Source: Thecamonas trahens ATCC 50062 | Taxonomy: Eukaryota; Protista; Apusomonadida | Assembly (NCBI RefSeq): GCF_000142905.1 | Contig: NW_013657657.1 | Location: 248,001-312,000 of the forward strand | Length of the DNA: 64,000 bases | Direction: 5' to 3' | Shown: positions 31,201 to 41,174 of the stretch, piece by piece | Layout: each line of letters opens with the position of its first letter | Numbering within the stretch: the first letter of the stretch is position 1 | Made by a program: the position numbers and the translations under genes | The notes under the pieces: generated by a model | What the model saw: the letters and a program-made list of their open reading frames with translations, nothing else | Told to the model about the DNA's origin: nothing | Database searches by the model: none

Positions 31201-32226
31201 GCGCGCTTCCGCGAGAAGCTGTACTACTTTGAGATCACAATTATGATCCGCAAGTTGCTTGTTGTCGGTGCGGTCGTCGCCTTTGGCTCGCCAGTTCAGG
31301 AGGCTGTTATGGCAGCGCTCGTTCTTGTTATTTCGTTCGGCTTTGTCGCCCACGCCACGCCGTATCTCAAACCGTTCCACAACCGCCTCGCGATGTCTGC
31401 TCTCTTCACTTCGTGCATTGTGCTCATCGGCGGAACCGTCGACTCGAACGGTCTCCGCGACACGCTGGTTCTCGGCGGCCTCGGCGCCAACATCTTTGTT
31501 ATCGTCTACGGTATTGTGGTGGAGACCAAGAACCTCATCATCCGCGAGGCCGAGGACATGGTTGAGGTCCTCGAGCTGCAGGACACTTTCGAGATGGGCA
31601 CGTTCACCATCAACGAGGACGAGGACACTTCCATGCATTACATGGTCCCGACGGATGACGGCAATGGCAAGCCGCCAGCCGGCGGCATGGCCAAGCCGGC
31701 CGACTCAATCGTCGTCTCGTCAAGCACCGATGACAACACCTCGATGGTCACCGCCTCAATGGTCTCGTCGTCGGCACTCCACCCGTCGGAGTCGATCTTC
31801 CCCTCGTTCGCTCTCGAGTGTGACACGGCTCCACCAGTCATCCTCCCGCCGGGCCCGCCGTCGCCGGTCTCGCCGGTCGCACCGGCGATGCCGGCGATGC
31901 CGCCGCCACCGGCCCCGGCCCCGCCACCACCGCCCCCCGCCCCTGCCGCGGCTCTCCCGCCACCGACACCGTCGATGGTCGCTGGCGTCCCGCCCGGAGG
32001 CTCGCTTCCGCCGCCGCCGTCTTCCACTAACCAGCCGGTGGTGGGCCCTGGTGGTCTGGTGGCGCCGCTGCCACCGCCCAAGGCCGCCCTGCCGCCACCG
32101 CCCGTCGGCCATGGCCCGCCCAAGCCTTCCCGACCCAAGCCCTCGGCCCATGCCGGCCCGCCCATCCCGGCGCCTAAGCCGTCTGGCACCTCGGCCGCAC
32201 CTTTTCCCCCGCCGAAGCCGTACTAG
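25261..32226 (+). CDS. Giant cell-surface receptor-like protein, copy 1: signal peptide, N-terminal beta domain, HormR-like domain, 17 Sushi/CCP repeats, 2 filamin/Ig-like domains, Cys-rich (GCC2_GCC3-like) repeats, ~9-TM TRP-like domain, Pro-rich tail
   Basis: Single uninterrupted ORF. CGATGPWPTTNAG...C..G..G...R.C...G.W, then repeated YC..P.NG...C..GY...G...RTC...WSG...C, then YGFLVARFREKLYYFE...RKL...PY...FHN. Confidence 0.88.
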   Translation: MYQSTVFAAVACLLLAASASAAIITKTATSSTFYGSHNGAPWSGNRAQGAHCCGASQHSQYRIFYGFNLNIPSGHAVDGIQVSYEYISSTTGFSACVNKDITLRTTSGSVILSSNAKTGSSYFSSGTISKGSSTDTWGLSGSASSIRSALNSGTFGVAVRATGFAEASSSSGQIPLAPTGGDSDGSRRVSTRAPTVGTWRVDVYNGDVTIKVWTHQLTCGATGPWPTTNAGSTATLGCSSGYTGSRTRYCTTSGSWQSESNGCTLVTNYCSLLTAPSNGILTASCSSKRSLGEVCGTFQCNSGYQLSGSASRTCNAGPSWSGSAASCVKITNYCSLLTAPSNGYITSGSCSAQRSIGESCGTFQCNGGYSRSGDASRTCNAGPSWSGSTASCGLITNYCPLLTAPANGIITTSCTSKRSVGESCGNFQCNGGYQLSGSMSRTCQSNAAWGGSAASCSPIPDYCPPPPAAPSNGVQGSCSRTVGGTCSYSCNTGYNPGGGMTITCQSNGAWSGSPAACNPTADYCPALTAPTNGNAPASYSRTITSVASPYTCNAGYDLSGSASRTCQSDGTWSSTTPTCVLDTSYCGARPATPANGNAGSCGYSIGASCTYGCNNGYEPTGSMTVTCNSGGAWSGSPASCGLKTNYCPALTNPTNGQDPSSYSRVLGAVASPYTCNSGYIVTAGSTSRTCMANSAASGVWSGTTPTCSIDNAHCSTAPAPPPNFFIDTCSAAQFGECIYKCNNGYTRSGGDRYTCQPDTSWGGSLGTCSLTNNYCPALTIPANSNRGACSGQLGSICGPVTCNAGYSISGSASRTCEDAGVSAGIWSGTATSCALITNYCTLPSTPSNGVLGACTRSIGGSCTYTCGNGYETSGTTTITCQSGPTWSGSFGTCVKTSGYCPVESAPANGVAGTGCTGQIGTLCGPASCNAGYNPSGTATRTCNANNAVSGTWSGTTLTCAIDPAYCTTPAAPANGAIGSCPLSIGSSCTASCSNGYSTGGLTSVTCEAGPAWSGVFGACSKYAGYCGALPQPSNGVIPGCTGMLGSSCGAASCNAGYNLAGDATRNCIDNGPGFGSWTGTSVSCNIEPNHCTPPPAPANGALGTCITSIGGSCSYTCDNGYEVSGTGTITCSAGPTWSTSFGTCVKSANYCPAHPPLADGSNPSCTGEIDEVCGTFTCNSGFDIVGSAERTCLNNGPITGIWSGTAPSCQVDNDYCPSGPAPPANGVKGSCARYLGGTCEYSCNAGYTNTGSSSLTCTSGKTWLGASPNCVPYNDYCPPKTSIEYGNAPVCNNRINEVCGTFTCNPPFAIFGEKDRTCGPDGDWIGDEPFCSSTDVSKSLVYSAQFITVSADGPGWRIEIEPRTASNDTLAESQDFPSVLLASTPPSVEAPSVAPAAVWSAAKSRFLIELTPQVVATYSLNILLNGVVIGASPYTLVVEAGVPAAPTTFATGRGLGIVVTDDDLFPQNEVVRFAVFPHDQHGNVVPMASNPATTPYVATLKGAGFAEGDVPIVYLAGESGPTTGYVYEYSVPIGGLLTLSVTLDGLAIADSPWLVQVRAICEPGKQALQITGPCVPCEKDSYSAPDGRECLLCPDFMTSPSSSGSIGNCTCVRGYFENLAVVGADPSKRQCDACPVGASCAGGNARPIADPGYHQVGDEFVSCPQPSACLGAGQCARGYKGASCTDCVSGYYRLGDRCYKCNKAQAAFIATGIAFLLLLFVAALVYLNTRESHNRMYTAAAFMIGFNSLQISAMYGEIDLRWHPVAEQFFNILSLANLNIELTSPECSVDFFGDPWLIKWVLMLMLPIFMVFLLGVTFVLGLLYRLFARTYGAKWADRHPSYFPGAENFFDAGGKASRSTLIKFRIGRLMSEAPLTPAALRQAVVRTFFQLFIFCYLPLTAVVLRYFECERRAPGSSEYVLATAPSVECYDATYWSLFWMAIAGSIVYALGIPLFTYLLLYFRKRQMAEVNFMLRYGFLVARFREKLYYFEITIMIRKLLVVGAVVAFGSPVQEAVMAALVLVISFGFVAHATPYLKPFHNRLAMSALFTSCIVLIGGTVDSNGLRDTLVLGGLGANIFVIVYGIVVETKNLIIREAEDMVEVLELQDTFEMGTFTINEDEDTSMHYMVPTDDGNGKPPAGGMAKPADSIVVSSSTDDNTSMVTASMVSSSALHPSESIFPSFALECDTAPPVILPPGPPSPVSPVAPAMPAMPPPPAPAPPPPPPAPAAALPPPTPSMVAGVPPGGSLPPPPSSTNQPVVGPGGLVAPLPPPKAALPPPPVGHGPPKPSRPKPSAHAGPPIPAPKPSGTSAAPFPPPKPY

Positions 32227-32743
32227 TCGTTTTGGCCCTCTTCACTCTCTACAACCATCATAACATTTTCCCCCTCTTCACCCTCATCAGCTGTCTTGTC
32301 GGCCTTCTCATCTCAAGTACAAAAAAAATAGCCAACTTGCGCCACCTGGCACCCAGGAATAGAGTGACACCAACCAACCAACTAACCATTAGTGTGTGAG
32401 CCGTGTCGACAGAGAGAGCTACATCAAGAGCTGGAGACGACAACTCCAGCACGGCCGTCCCTCACAGCTGCAGCCCCGCAGTTGTTCAACAGTCATTCCT
32501 CTCTCCCTCTCACTTTGTGGCAAAGAAACGGAAGGACAACCCCCGTCCTCTCCCCTTCACCCCCCACCCCCACCCATACACTCTTCCAATCTACAACTTC
32601 ACGCTCACCAGCCCAAGCGTACACCCCTCCTCCCCCTGCGTGCCACTTTGTGTTCCACGAAAACGATCGCTTCCTCTGCGGTTGGCGCAAAAAATTCCTC
32701 TCTCTTTGCTGCTTTTTGCACACCTCGATTCCCACGTCGGCAC

Positions 32744-35700
32744 ATGACCTGTCACACTCTGCACGGCCTTCTCCGGCTTGTGCTGGTAGTGGCCAGCATT
32801 TTGGCCATGGTCCATGCGGCTCCATCTACGTCGTCGTCGTCGTCCGTCACTTACGGTATTGGAACTGCCTCCTGGAGCGGAAACTCGGTCGGTGACGTAG
32901 ACTGCTGCGGCGACTCGCGGACGTCCAACTACCGCATCTTCACTGGCTTTGGCATCAACGTCCCTCTCGGCCATGCTGTCGACGGCATCTCAGTCTCGGC
33001 TCTTTGCACGCGGTCCATCAACGGCTTCTCGTCGGCCTGGTTCAAGGACTTTTCACTCCGCACCACCTCTGGCACCATCGTCCAGGGTGCCGGTGTCAAG
33101 ACGCTCAACTCGCTGCTAGGCTCGACTAGTACAAAGACAGCCGGCTCGTCGACTGACACCTGGGGCATGACAGGCTCTCCATCGCAGATTCGCTCGGCAC
33201 TCAACTCGGCCTCGTTTGGTGTGGCTGTCCGAGTCTATGGCTATGCCGAGTCGTCGTCGTCAGGGCCGTCGGGCCCCGGCAGCTCAGGCCCTATTCATAT
33301 TGAGTTTGCCCCTGATCATTCGTCTGAAGCCAGGCTAGATTCAGACGCCTATGGTGATGTCGGCGCGGCGCCGGAGCGCAAGGTTGCCACCCGCTCTTTT
33401 GGATCGTGGACTGTCAACATTGCAGAAACCGCCGTCTCCATCTCCATCTGGACTCGCCAGCTCACCTGCGCCGCGACCGGGCCGTGGCAGACGACCAACG
33501 CCGGCTCAACTCACAACGTCGGCTGCTCTGCCGGTTACACTGGTACCTATTCGCGGTACTGCAACACCAATGGCGAGTGGAACACGCCTACGGATACCTG
33601 CACCAAAATCACCAACTACTGCACTCTCCTTACTGCGCCGTCCAACGGCATCCTCACCGCCTCATGCTCCAGCCAGCGCTCGATCAACGAGGTCTGTGGC
33701 ACTTTTCAGTGTAACTCCGGATACCAACTGTCCGGGTCGGCGTCGCGGACTTGCAACGCCGGACCGTCGTGGTCCGGCTCGGCCGCATCGTGCGTCAAGA
33801 TCACCAACTACTGCTCACTCCTCACGGCCCCATCCAACGGCTACATCACTTCGGGCTCGTGCTCTGCGCAGCGCTCCATCGGCGAGTCATGTGGGACGTT
33901 CCAGTGCAACGGTGGCTACAGCCGCTCTGGCGATGCGTCGCGGACGTGCAACGTGGGACCGTCGTGGTCCGGCTCGGCAGCGTCGTGCGGACTCATCACC
34001 AACTACTGCCCGCTCCTGACCGCACCGGCCAACGGCATCATCACGACCTCGTGCACCTCCAAGCGCTCGGTCGGCGAGTCGTGTGGCAACTTCCAATGCA
34101 ACAGCGGGTACCAGCTGAGCGGATCGATGTCGCGGGCGTGCCAGTCGAACGCGGCGTGGGGCGGGTCGGCCGCGTCGTGCTCTCCCATTCCTGACTATTG
34201 TCCGTCACCGCCGGCTGCTCCGTCCAACGGCGTCCAGGGCTCATGCTCGCGAACGGTTGGTGGCACTTGCTCGTACTCTTGCAACACCGGGTACAATCCC
34301 GGCGGCGGCATGACCATCACCTGCCAGTCCAACGGCGCGTGGTCCGGATCGCCTGCTGCCTGCAACCCGACAGCCGACTACTGTCCCGCGCTCACGGCAC
34401 CGACGAACGGTAATGCTCCGGCCTCGTATTCGCGGACGATCACCTCTGTCGCCTCCCCGTACACCTGCAATGCAGGCTACGATCTCTCCGGCTCGGCGTC
34501 GCGGACGTGCCAATCTGACGGGACGTGGTCATCGACAACGCCGACGTGCGTTCTCGACACGTCTTACTGTGGGGCTCGCCCCGCGACCCCGGCCAACGGC
34601 AACGCCGGCTCGTGTGGATACTCGATCGGCGCGTCTTGCACCTACGGGTGCAACAATGGGTATGAGCCGTCAGGCTCGATGACCGTCACCTGCAACTCGG
34701 GCGGTGCGTGGTCCGGGAGCCCTTCGTCGTGCACGTCCAAGACCAACTACTGCCCGGCACTGACCAACCCGACCAACGGCCAGGATCCTTCGTCGTACTC
34801 GCGGGCGCTCGGCCAGGTGGCGTCGCCGTACACGTGCAACTCGGGCTACATCGTGACTGCGGGCTCGACGTCGCGGACGTGCATGGCCAACTCTGCTGCA
34901 TCGGGGGTGTGGTCCGGCACGACGCCGACGTGCTCGATCGACAACGCGCACTGTAGTACGGCACCGGCGCCGCCGGCCAACTTTTTCATCGACACTTGCT
35001 CGGCTGCCCAGTTTGGCGAGTGCATCTACAAGTGCAACAACGGCTACACCAACAGCGGCGGAGACCGGTACACGTGCCAGCCAGACAGATCCTGGGCCGG
35101 TAGCCTCGGGATGTGCTCTCTCACCAACAACTACTGTCCGGCGCTGACGATCCCGGCCAACGGCAACCGCGGCGCGTGCTCCGGCCAGCTCGGCTCGATC
35201 TGTGGTCCGGTCACCTGCAATGCAGGGTACTCGATCTCTGGCTCGGCGTCGCGGACATGCGAGGACGCTGGGGTGAGTGCGGGAACCTGGAGTGGCACGG
35301 CGACAAGCTGTGCGCTCATCACCAACTACTGTACGCTTCCGAGTACGCCGAGCAACGGTGTGCTGGGAGCGTGCACGCGCTCCATCGGCGGGAGCTGCAC
35401 GTACACGTGTGGCAACGGGTACGAGACGTCCGGCACGACGACGATCACCTGCCAGTCGGGACCGACCTGGTCGGGCTCGTTTGGCACGTGCGTCAAGACG
35501 AGCGGGTACTGTCCGGTCGAGTCGGCGCCGGCCAACGGCGTGGCGGGGACCGGGTGCACGGGCCAGATCGGGACGTCGTGCGGGCCGGCGAGCTGCAATG
35601 CCGGGTACAACCCTTCGGGGACGGCGACGCGGACATGCAACGCCAACAACGCGGTGAGTGGGACGTGGAGCGGGACGACGCTGACGTGCGCGATCGACCC

Positions 35701-38700
35701 GGCTTACTGCACGACGCCTGCGGCGCCGGCCAATGGGGCGATTGGATCGTGCCCGCTCTCGATTGGGTCGTCGTGCACCGCGTCGTGCTCGAACGGATAC
35801 TCGACAGGCGGGCTGACGTCGGTGACTTGCGAGGCCGGTCCGGCGTGGTCGGGCGTGTTTAGCGATTGTGCGACGTATGCTGGGTACTGTGGCGCGCTGC
35901 CGCAGCCGTCGAATGGAGTGATTCCAGGCTGCACAGGCATGCTGGGAAGCTCCTGCGGGCCTGCGAGCTGCAACGCCGGCTACAATCTGGCAGGCGACGC
36001 GACGCGCAGCTGCATCGACAACGGACCTGGGCAGGGATGTGGTCAGGCACGGCTGTCTCGTGCAGCATCGAACCGAATTATTGCACGCCGCCGCCGGCAC
36101 CGGCCAACGGTGCGCTCGGAACGTGCATCACGTCGATCGGCGGCAGCTGCAGTTACACGTGCGACAACGGATACGAGGTGTCTGGAACCGGAACGATCAC
36201 GTGCTCGGCCGGACCTACGTGGTCGACGTCGTTCGGGACGTGCGTCAAGAGCGCCAACTACTGCCCGGCACACCCGCCGCTGGCCGACGGCAGCAACCCG
36301 TCGTGCACCGGCGAGATTGATGAGGTCTGCGGGACGTTCACCTGCAATCCCGGCTACGCGCTGTCCGGATCGGCCGAGCGAACTTGCCAGGTCAGCGGTC
36401 CGGCCGTAGGCGTGTGGTCGGGGACCGCGCCGTCGTGCGTGGTTGATGGTGACTACTGCCCGGTTGGCCCAAGTGCGCCCGGGAATGGGACGCAGAATGC
36501 TTGCCCGAGGTTCTTGGGCGCACAGTGCGAGTACTCGTGCAATGCGGGGTACACCAACACCGGATCATCGGCGCTTTCCTGCGCTGTTGGCCCAATGTGG
36601 ACCGGGACGCCGGCCAGCTGTGTTCCATTTGACAACTACTGCGCGGTGAGGTCGTCGCCGGCCGACGGATTTGCGCCTGTGCCGGCGTGCAAGAACCGCA
36701 TCAACGAGTGGTGTGGCCCGTTCACGTGCGCGCCGGCGTTCACGCTGTTTGGCTCTGAGTATCTGTTGTGTGGGTCGGACGGAAACTGGATCGGTGTTGA
36801 CCCGTTCTGCTCGTCGACAGACCCAGCGCTCTCGCTGGTGTACTCGGAGAAGCATGTCACGGTTTCGGCCGACGGCCCGGGCTGGCGGATCGAGATCGAG
36901 CCGCGGACGTCGTTGAACGACACGGTGTCGAACTCGCAGGACGTGGTGGCTGTTCTCTTTACGTCGACAGCGGTGTCGATCAGCGCGCCATCAGTGGCAC
37001 CGGCCGCAGTGTGGAACGAGGCACTCAGCCGGTTCTTTATTGAGCTTACGCCCAAGGTGAAGGCCTCGTACTCTCTTAACATTGTGCTCAACGGCGTTGT
37101 TATTGGCGACTCGCCGTACACTCTGGTTGTCGAGGCTGGCGTTCCTGCAGCGCCAACGACGGTGGCGACTGGCCGCGGGCTCGGCATTGTTGTGACCGAC
37201 GACGATTTGTTCTCGCAGAACGAAGTTGTCCGGTTTGCGGTCTTCCCGCACGACCAGCACGGTAACGTGGTGCCGATGGCGAGCAACCCGGCGACAACGC
37301 CGTACGTGGCGACGCTCAAGGGCGCCGGCTTTACCGAGGGTGACGTTCCGATTGTGTATCTGGCGGGCGAGTCGGGACCGACGACGGGCTACGTGTACGA
37401 GTACTCGGTGCCGATCGGCGGGCTGCTGACACTCTCTGTGACGCTTGACGGGCTGGCCATTGCCGACTCGCCGTGGCTGGTCCAGGTGCGTGCAATTTGC
37501 GAGCCTGGCAAGCAGGCGCTTCAGATCACGGGCCCATGCGTTCCGTGCGAGAAAGACTCGTACTCTGCGCCCGACGGGCGCGAGTGCTTGTTGTGCCCGG
37601 ACTTTATGACGTCGCCGTCGTCGTCAGGATCGATCGGCAACTGCACGTGTGTGCGTGGATACTTTGAGAACCTGGCTGTGGTGGGCGCTGATCCGAGCAA
37701 GCGGCAGTGCGACGCGTGTCCTGTAGGCGCATCGTGCGCAGGCGGCAACGCGCGGCCGATTGCGGATCCCGGGTACCACCAGGTGGGTGACGAGTTTGTG
37801 TCGTGCCCACAGCCGTCGGCGTGTGTGGGTGCCGGGCGGTGCGCGTTGGGATACAAGGGGCCGTCGTGCACTGACTGCACCTCGGGCTACTACCGGCTGG
37901 GGACCAAGTGTTACAAGTGCAACAAGGCGCAGGCGGCGCTTGTTGCGGCTGGCATTGCGTTTTTGCTGCTGCTGTTTGTGGCGGCGCTGGTGTACCTCAA
38001 CACGCGCGAGTCGCACAACCGGATGTACACGGCAGCGGCGTTTATGATCGGTTTCAACTCGCTGCAGATCTCGGCGATGTATGGAGAGATTGAGCTGCGT
38101 TGGCACCCTGTGGCGGAGCAGTTCTTCAACATCCTTTCGATTGCCAACCTCAACATCGAGCTCACCTCGCCCGAGTGCTCGTTCAGCGTGGGTGACCCGT
38201 GGTTGGTCAAGTGGGTGATGATGCTGCTGCTGCCGATTTTTATGGTGCTGATGCTTGCTGTTGTGTTTGGGCTCGGGCTGGCGTACAGGCTGTTCACCAA
38301 GACGATTGGCGCCAAGTGGTCCGAGAAGCACCCGTCGTACTTCCCTGGCGGCGACGGGTTCTACGACGCCGGTGGTAAGCTGCCGCGGTCGCTGGCGACC
38401 AAGTTCCGGATCGGGCGGCTGTTGTCTGAGAGTCTGCTGACGCCTGCGGCGCTGCGGCAAGCTGTGATGCGGACGTTCTTCCAGCTATTCATTTTCTGCT
38501 ACCTGCCTCTGACTGCGTCTGTCCTGCGGTTCTTCGAGTGCAAGCGCCGTGCACCGGGCTCATCCGAGTATGTCTTGGCGTCTGCGCCGTCTGTTGCTTG
38601 CTTTGACTCGCGGTACTGGAGCCTGTTCTGGTTGGCGCTTGCCGGCGGTGCAGTGTACGCGCTGGGGATCCCGATGTTCACGTTCGGCCTGCTGTACAAG

Positions 38701-39660
38701 CGCAAGCAGAGCCTGGACGAGCTCAACTTTATTCTCCGCTACGGATTCCTCGTGGCACGCTTCCGCGAGAAGCTGTACTACTTTGAGATCACGATCATGG
38801 TCCGCAAGCTCCTTGTGGTTGCAGCGGTGGTGACGTTTGGCACGCCGGTGCAGGAGGCGATCATGGCGGCGCTTGTGCTTGTTGTCTCGCTCTGCGTTGT
38901 CTCGCACTGGATGCCATACCTCAAGCCGTTCCACAACCGGCTTTCGATGGGGGCTCTGCTGACGTCGTGCGTTGTCCTGTTTGGCGGGACTGTCGACTCG
39001 AACCGGCTCCGCGACACGCTGGTCCTCGGCGGACTTGCGGCCAACGTGCTGGTCATTGTCTATGGCGTACTCGTGGAGTCGCGCAATCTCATGGTGCGTG
39101 AGGCGGAGGACATCATGGAAGTACTGGAGATGCAGGACGACTTTGAGATGTCGACGTTGGCGATCCATGAGGACGAGGACCAGAGCGTGCGTTACATGGC
39201 ATGTGGCGATGGCGGGTATGGTGGGTCGTCGCAAGGTGGCATGAGCTCGTCGTCGATGATGACGACGTCTGTTGTCGGGTCGTCGGTGCTCCATCCGTCC
39301 GAGTCGATCTTTGTGTCGCAAGCCGGCGTGCAGGATGACGACGACTTTGCAGTGCCACAGATTGGCAGTGGACGTGATGCGCCGGCGGCACCGGGAGTGG
39401 GAGCTGTGGGACCGGGCGGGCGTGTGATGGCACCGGCGCTTCCGCCGCGCGAAGTGACTGCGCCGGCGGCTGCTGGCCCGCCCAATCCGTCTGCCGGCCC
39501 GCCGAAGCCCACGCCGTCGCCGATGATCAACCCTGGACCGCCGCTGCCGCCTTCAGCGATGGCATCACCGGCTGCTGCTCCGATGCCCGGCCCTCCTTTG
39601 CCGCCGCCGCCAGCTCCAGCGCCCAAGCCGGCGGCCAAGCCTGCCGCACCCCAAGCCTGA
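32744..39660 (+). CDS. Giant cell-surface receptor-like protein, copy 2 (tandem paralog); -1 frameshift at ~36035 in this assembly
   Basis: ORFs 32396..36409 and 35866..39660 join at CAGGGATG (~36032-36039). Adding one G gives QGMWSGT, matching FGSWTGT in copy 1. Domain order is the same as copy 1. Confidence 0.85.
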
Positions 39661-39894
39661 TCGTTTTTGATGATGCACCTCGCGCGTACATGCGCGCATG
39701 AAGCCGAACACTCTTAACTTTTCTCTCACAACAAACATTCTCTTTCATTTCTACGGCTCTTCCACTCGCTGCGCTGTTGGCTCTGTTTTGCGGTGAGATG
39801 GTGGCCCAAACCACGTGTGCGCACAGTAGCGCCGGCGAAGCGGTGGCCGCCGGCCGCGTTTTCCACCCAGCCCACCCCACTCTCCTTTGCTCCA

Positions 39895-41106
39895 ATGTCT
39901 GCCACCACATCTGAGAGCCGCAAGCGCAAGGTCGAAGACTCTGACTCGGGAGCCGAGTCTGGCTCTGACTCTGGCTCTGAGGAGGTAAGCACCAGTTAAA
40001 TAACTATCACCATCCACCTCATTCATCCATGGTGGCCTGCTTCGGGAAGGGCGACGGGAAGAGGGGGAAGCCGGGCAGAGGGAGAGGATTGGATCCCCCC
40101 TGGAGATCCGAGCCGAGCGAACGGTTTGGAGACGGGGAGGGGATCGGGGGGGAAAGGGAGGGAAAGGAGGGGGGGGGGGAGCTCATGGCGATGGACTTAT
40201 GGTGATGATGGTGATGCTGATGGTTGTTTGAATGCCTGGGTTGGGTGCGGTTGCTTCTGCTGGTTATGATTGTGGTTGTGGTTGTCATGATGGCATGATG
40301 ATGGCTGGGACTGGCGGTGCCGCGCATCACAGCTCGACATTGTCGACGTCGACTTTGACTTTTGCGATCCTTCGGCCGGAGACTTTTGGGCAGTCAAGCT
40401 CTCGCTGGCTCACTACATCGAGGCAGAAGAGTACGACGCTGGTTCTGTGGCCGATCTGGTGTGCGCGCAGCACGGAATTGGGTCGGTGGTCAAGGCCAAC
40501 GGGCAGGTTGTGGGCTACATCTCGGCGGTTAACCTTCACCAGGACGGTGTGCCGGGCCTCGAGTCGATCAAGGCGTACCTGAAGCGAAAGGCGATAGGCG
40601 CTAACGCGGGCAACAAGACGCTGCACAAGGTGCTGGACAACACCGAGATGCCGGCCGGCCTTATTCTTAACTATCGGCTGCCCAACGCGCCTGATCAGCT
40701 TGCTACTCCTCTCCACGCCTCGCTCTTCCAGGAGCTCGCCGAGGTCTCGCTTGAGGAGCCCGAGTTTGGCTTTGACAACTACATCCTGCTCACCCGCTCG
40801 TACCGGACCCGGACTGCGGCGGCGACGCTGGATCCGGACGCGCCGCGGGCCAAGCGCAAGAAGCCGTCCACGACTGGCGACATCCAGCCGTTCTACGTGG
40901 AGGAGGAACTGTACTTCAAGCATGCGACGGCGCGGTACGATTTTGAGGTTCTGGACGACTCGGTTGAGGGCAAGCTGACCCTCGACGCCGTCGTTGACGT
41001 TGTTGGCCACATCCTGATCATTCCGGCCGACGCCATCGGTGCCCTTGTGGCCGAGATGGACGCGCTAGTGAGTGAGGCGCTTGAAGCACAGGTTGAGGAC
41101 TTTTAG
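39895..41106 (+). CDS. BCCIP: BCCIP/Bcp1 family protein; 2 exons
   Basis: join(39895..39984, 40333..41106). Phase-0 intron GTAAGC...CACAG. Motifs VDVDFDFCDP..GDF.AVK, GLILNYRLPNAP..LA.PL, EEE. Confidence 0.85.
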
Positions 41107-41174
41107 AGACAAGGAATAAAGACCAAGAGTGGAGAGCGGATGTCTCGTGGTTTGAAGCTTGGCAGCGTGCTTTA

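Noticed and set aside
32744-39660. Receptor copy 2 as a pseudogene
   Set aside because: Only one lesion in ~6.9 kb, in a G run, of the same type as three other lesions including one in conserved CFAP45. An assembly error is more likely.
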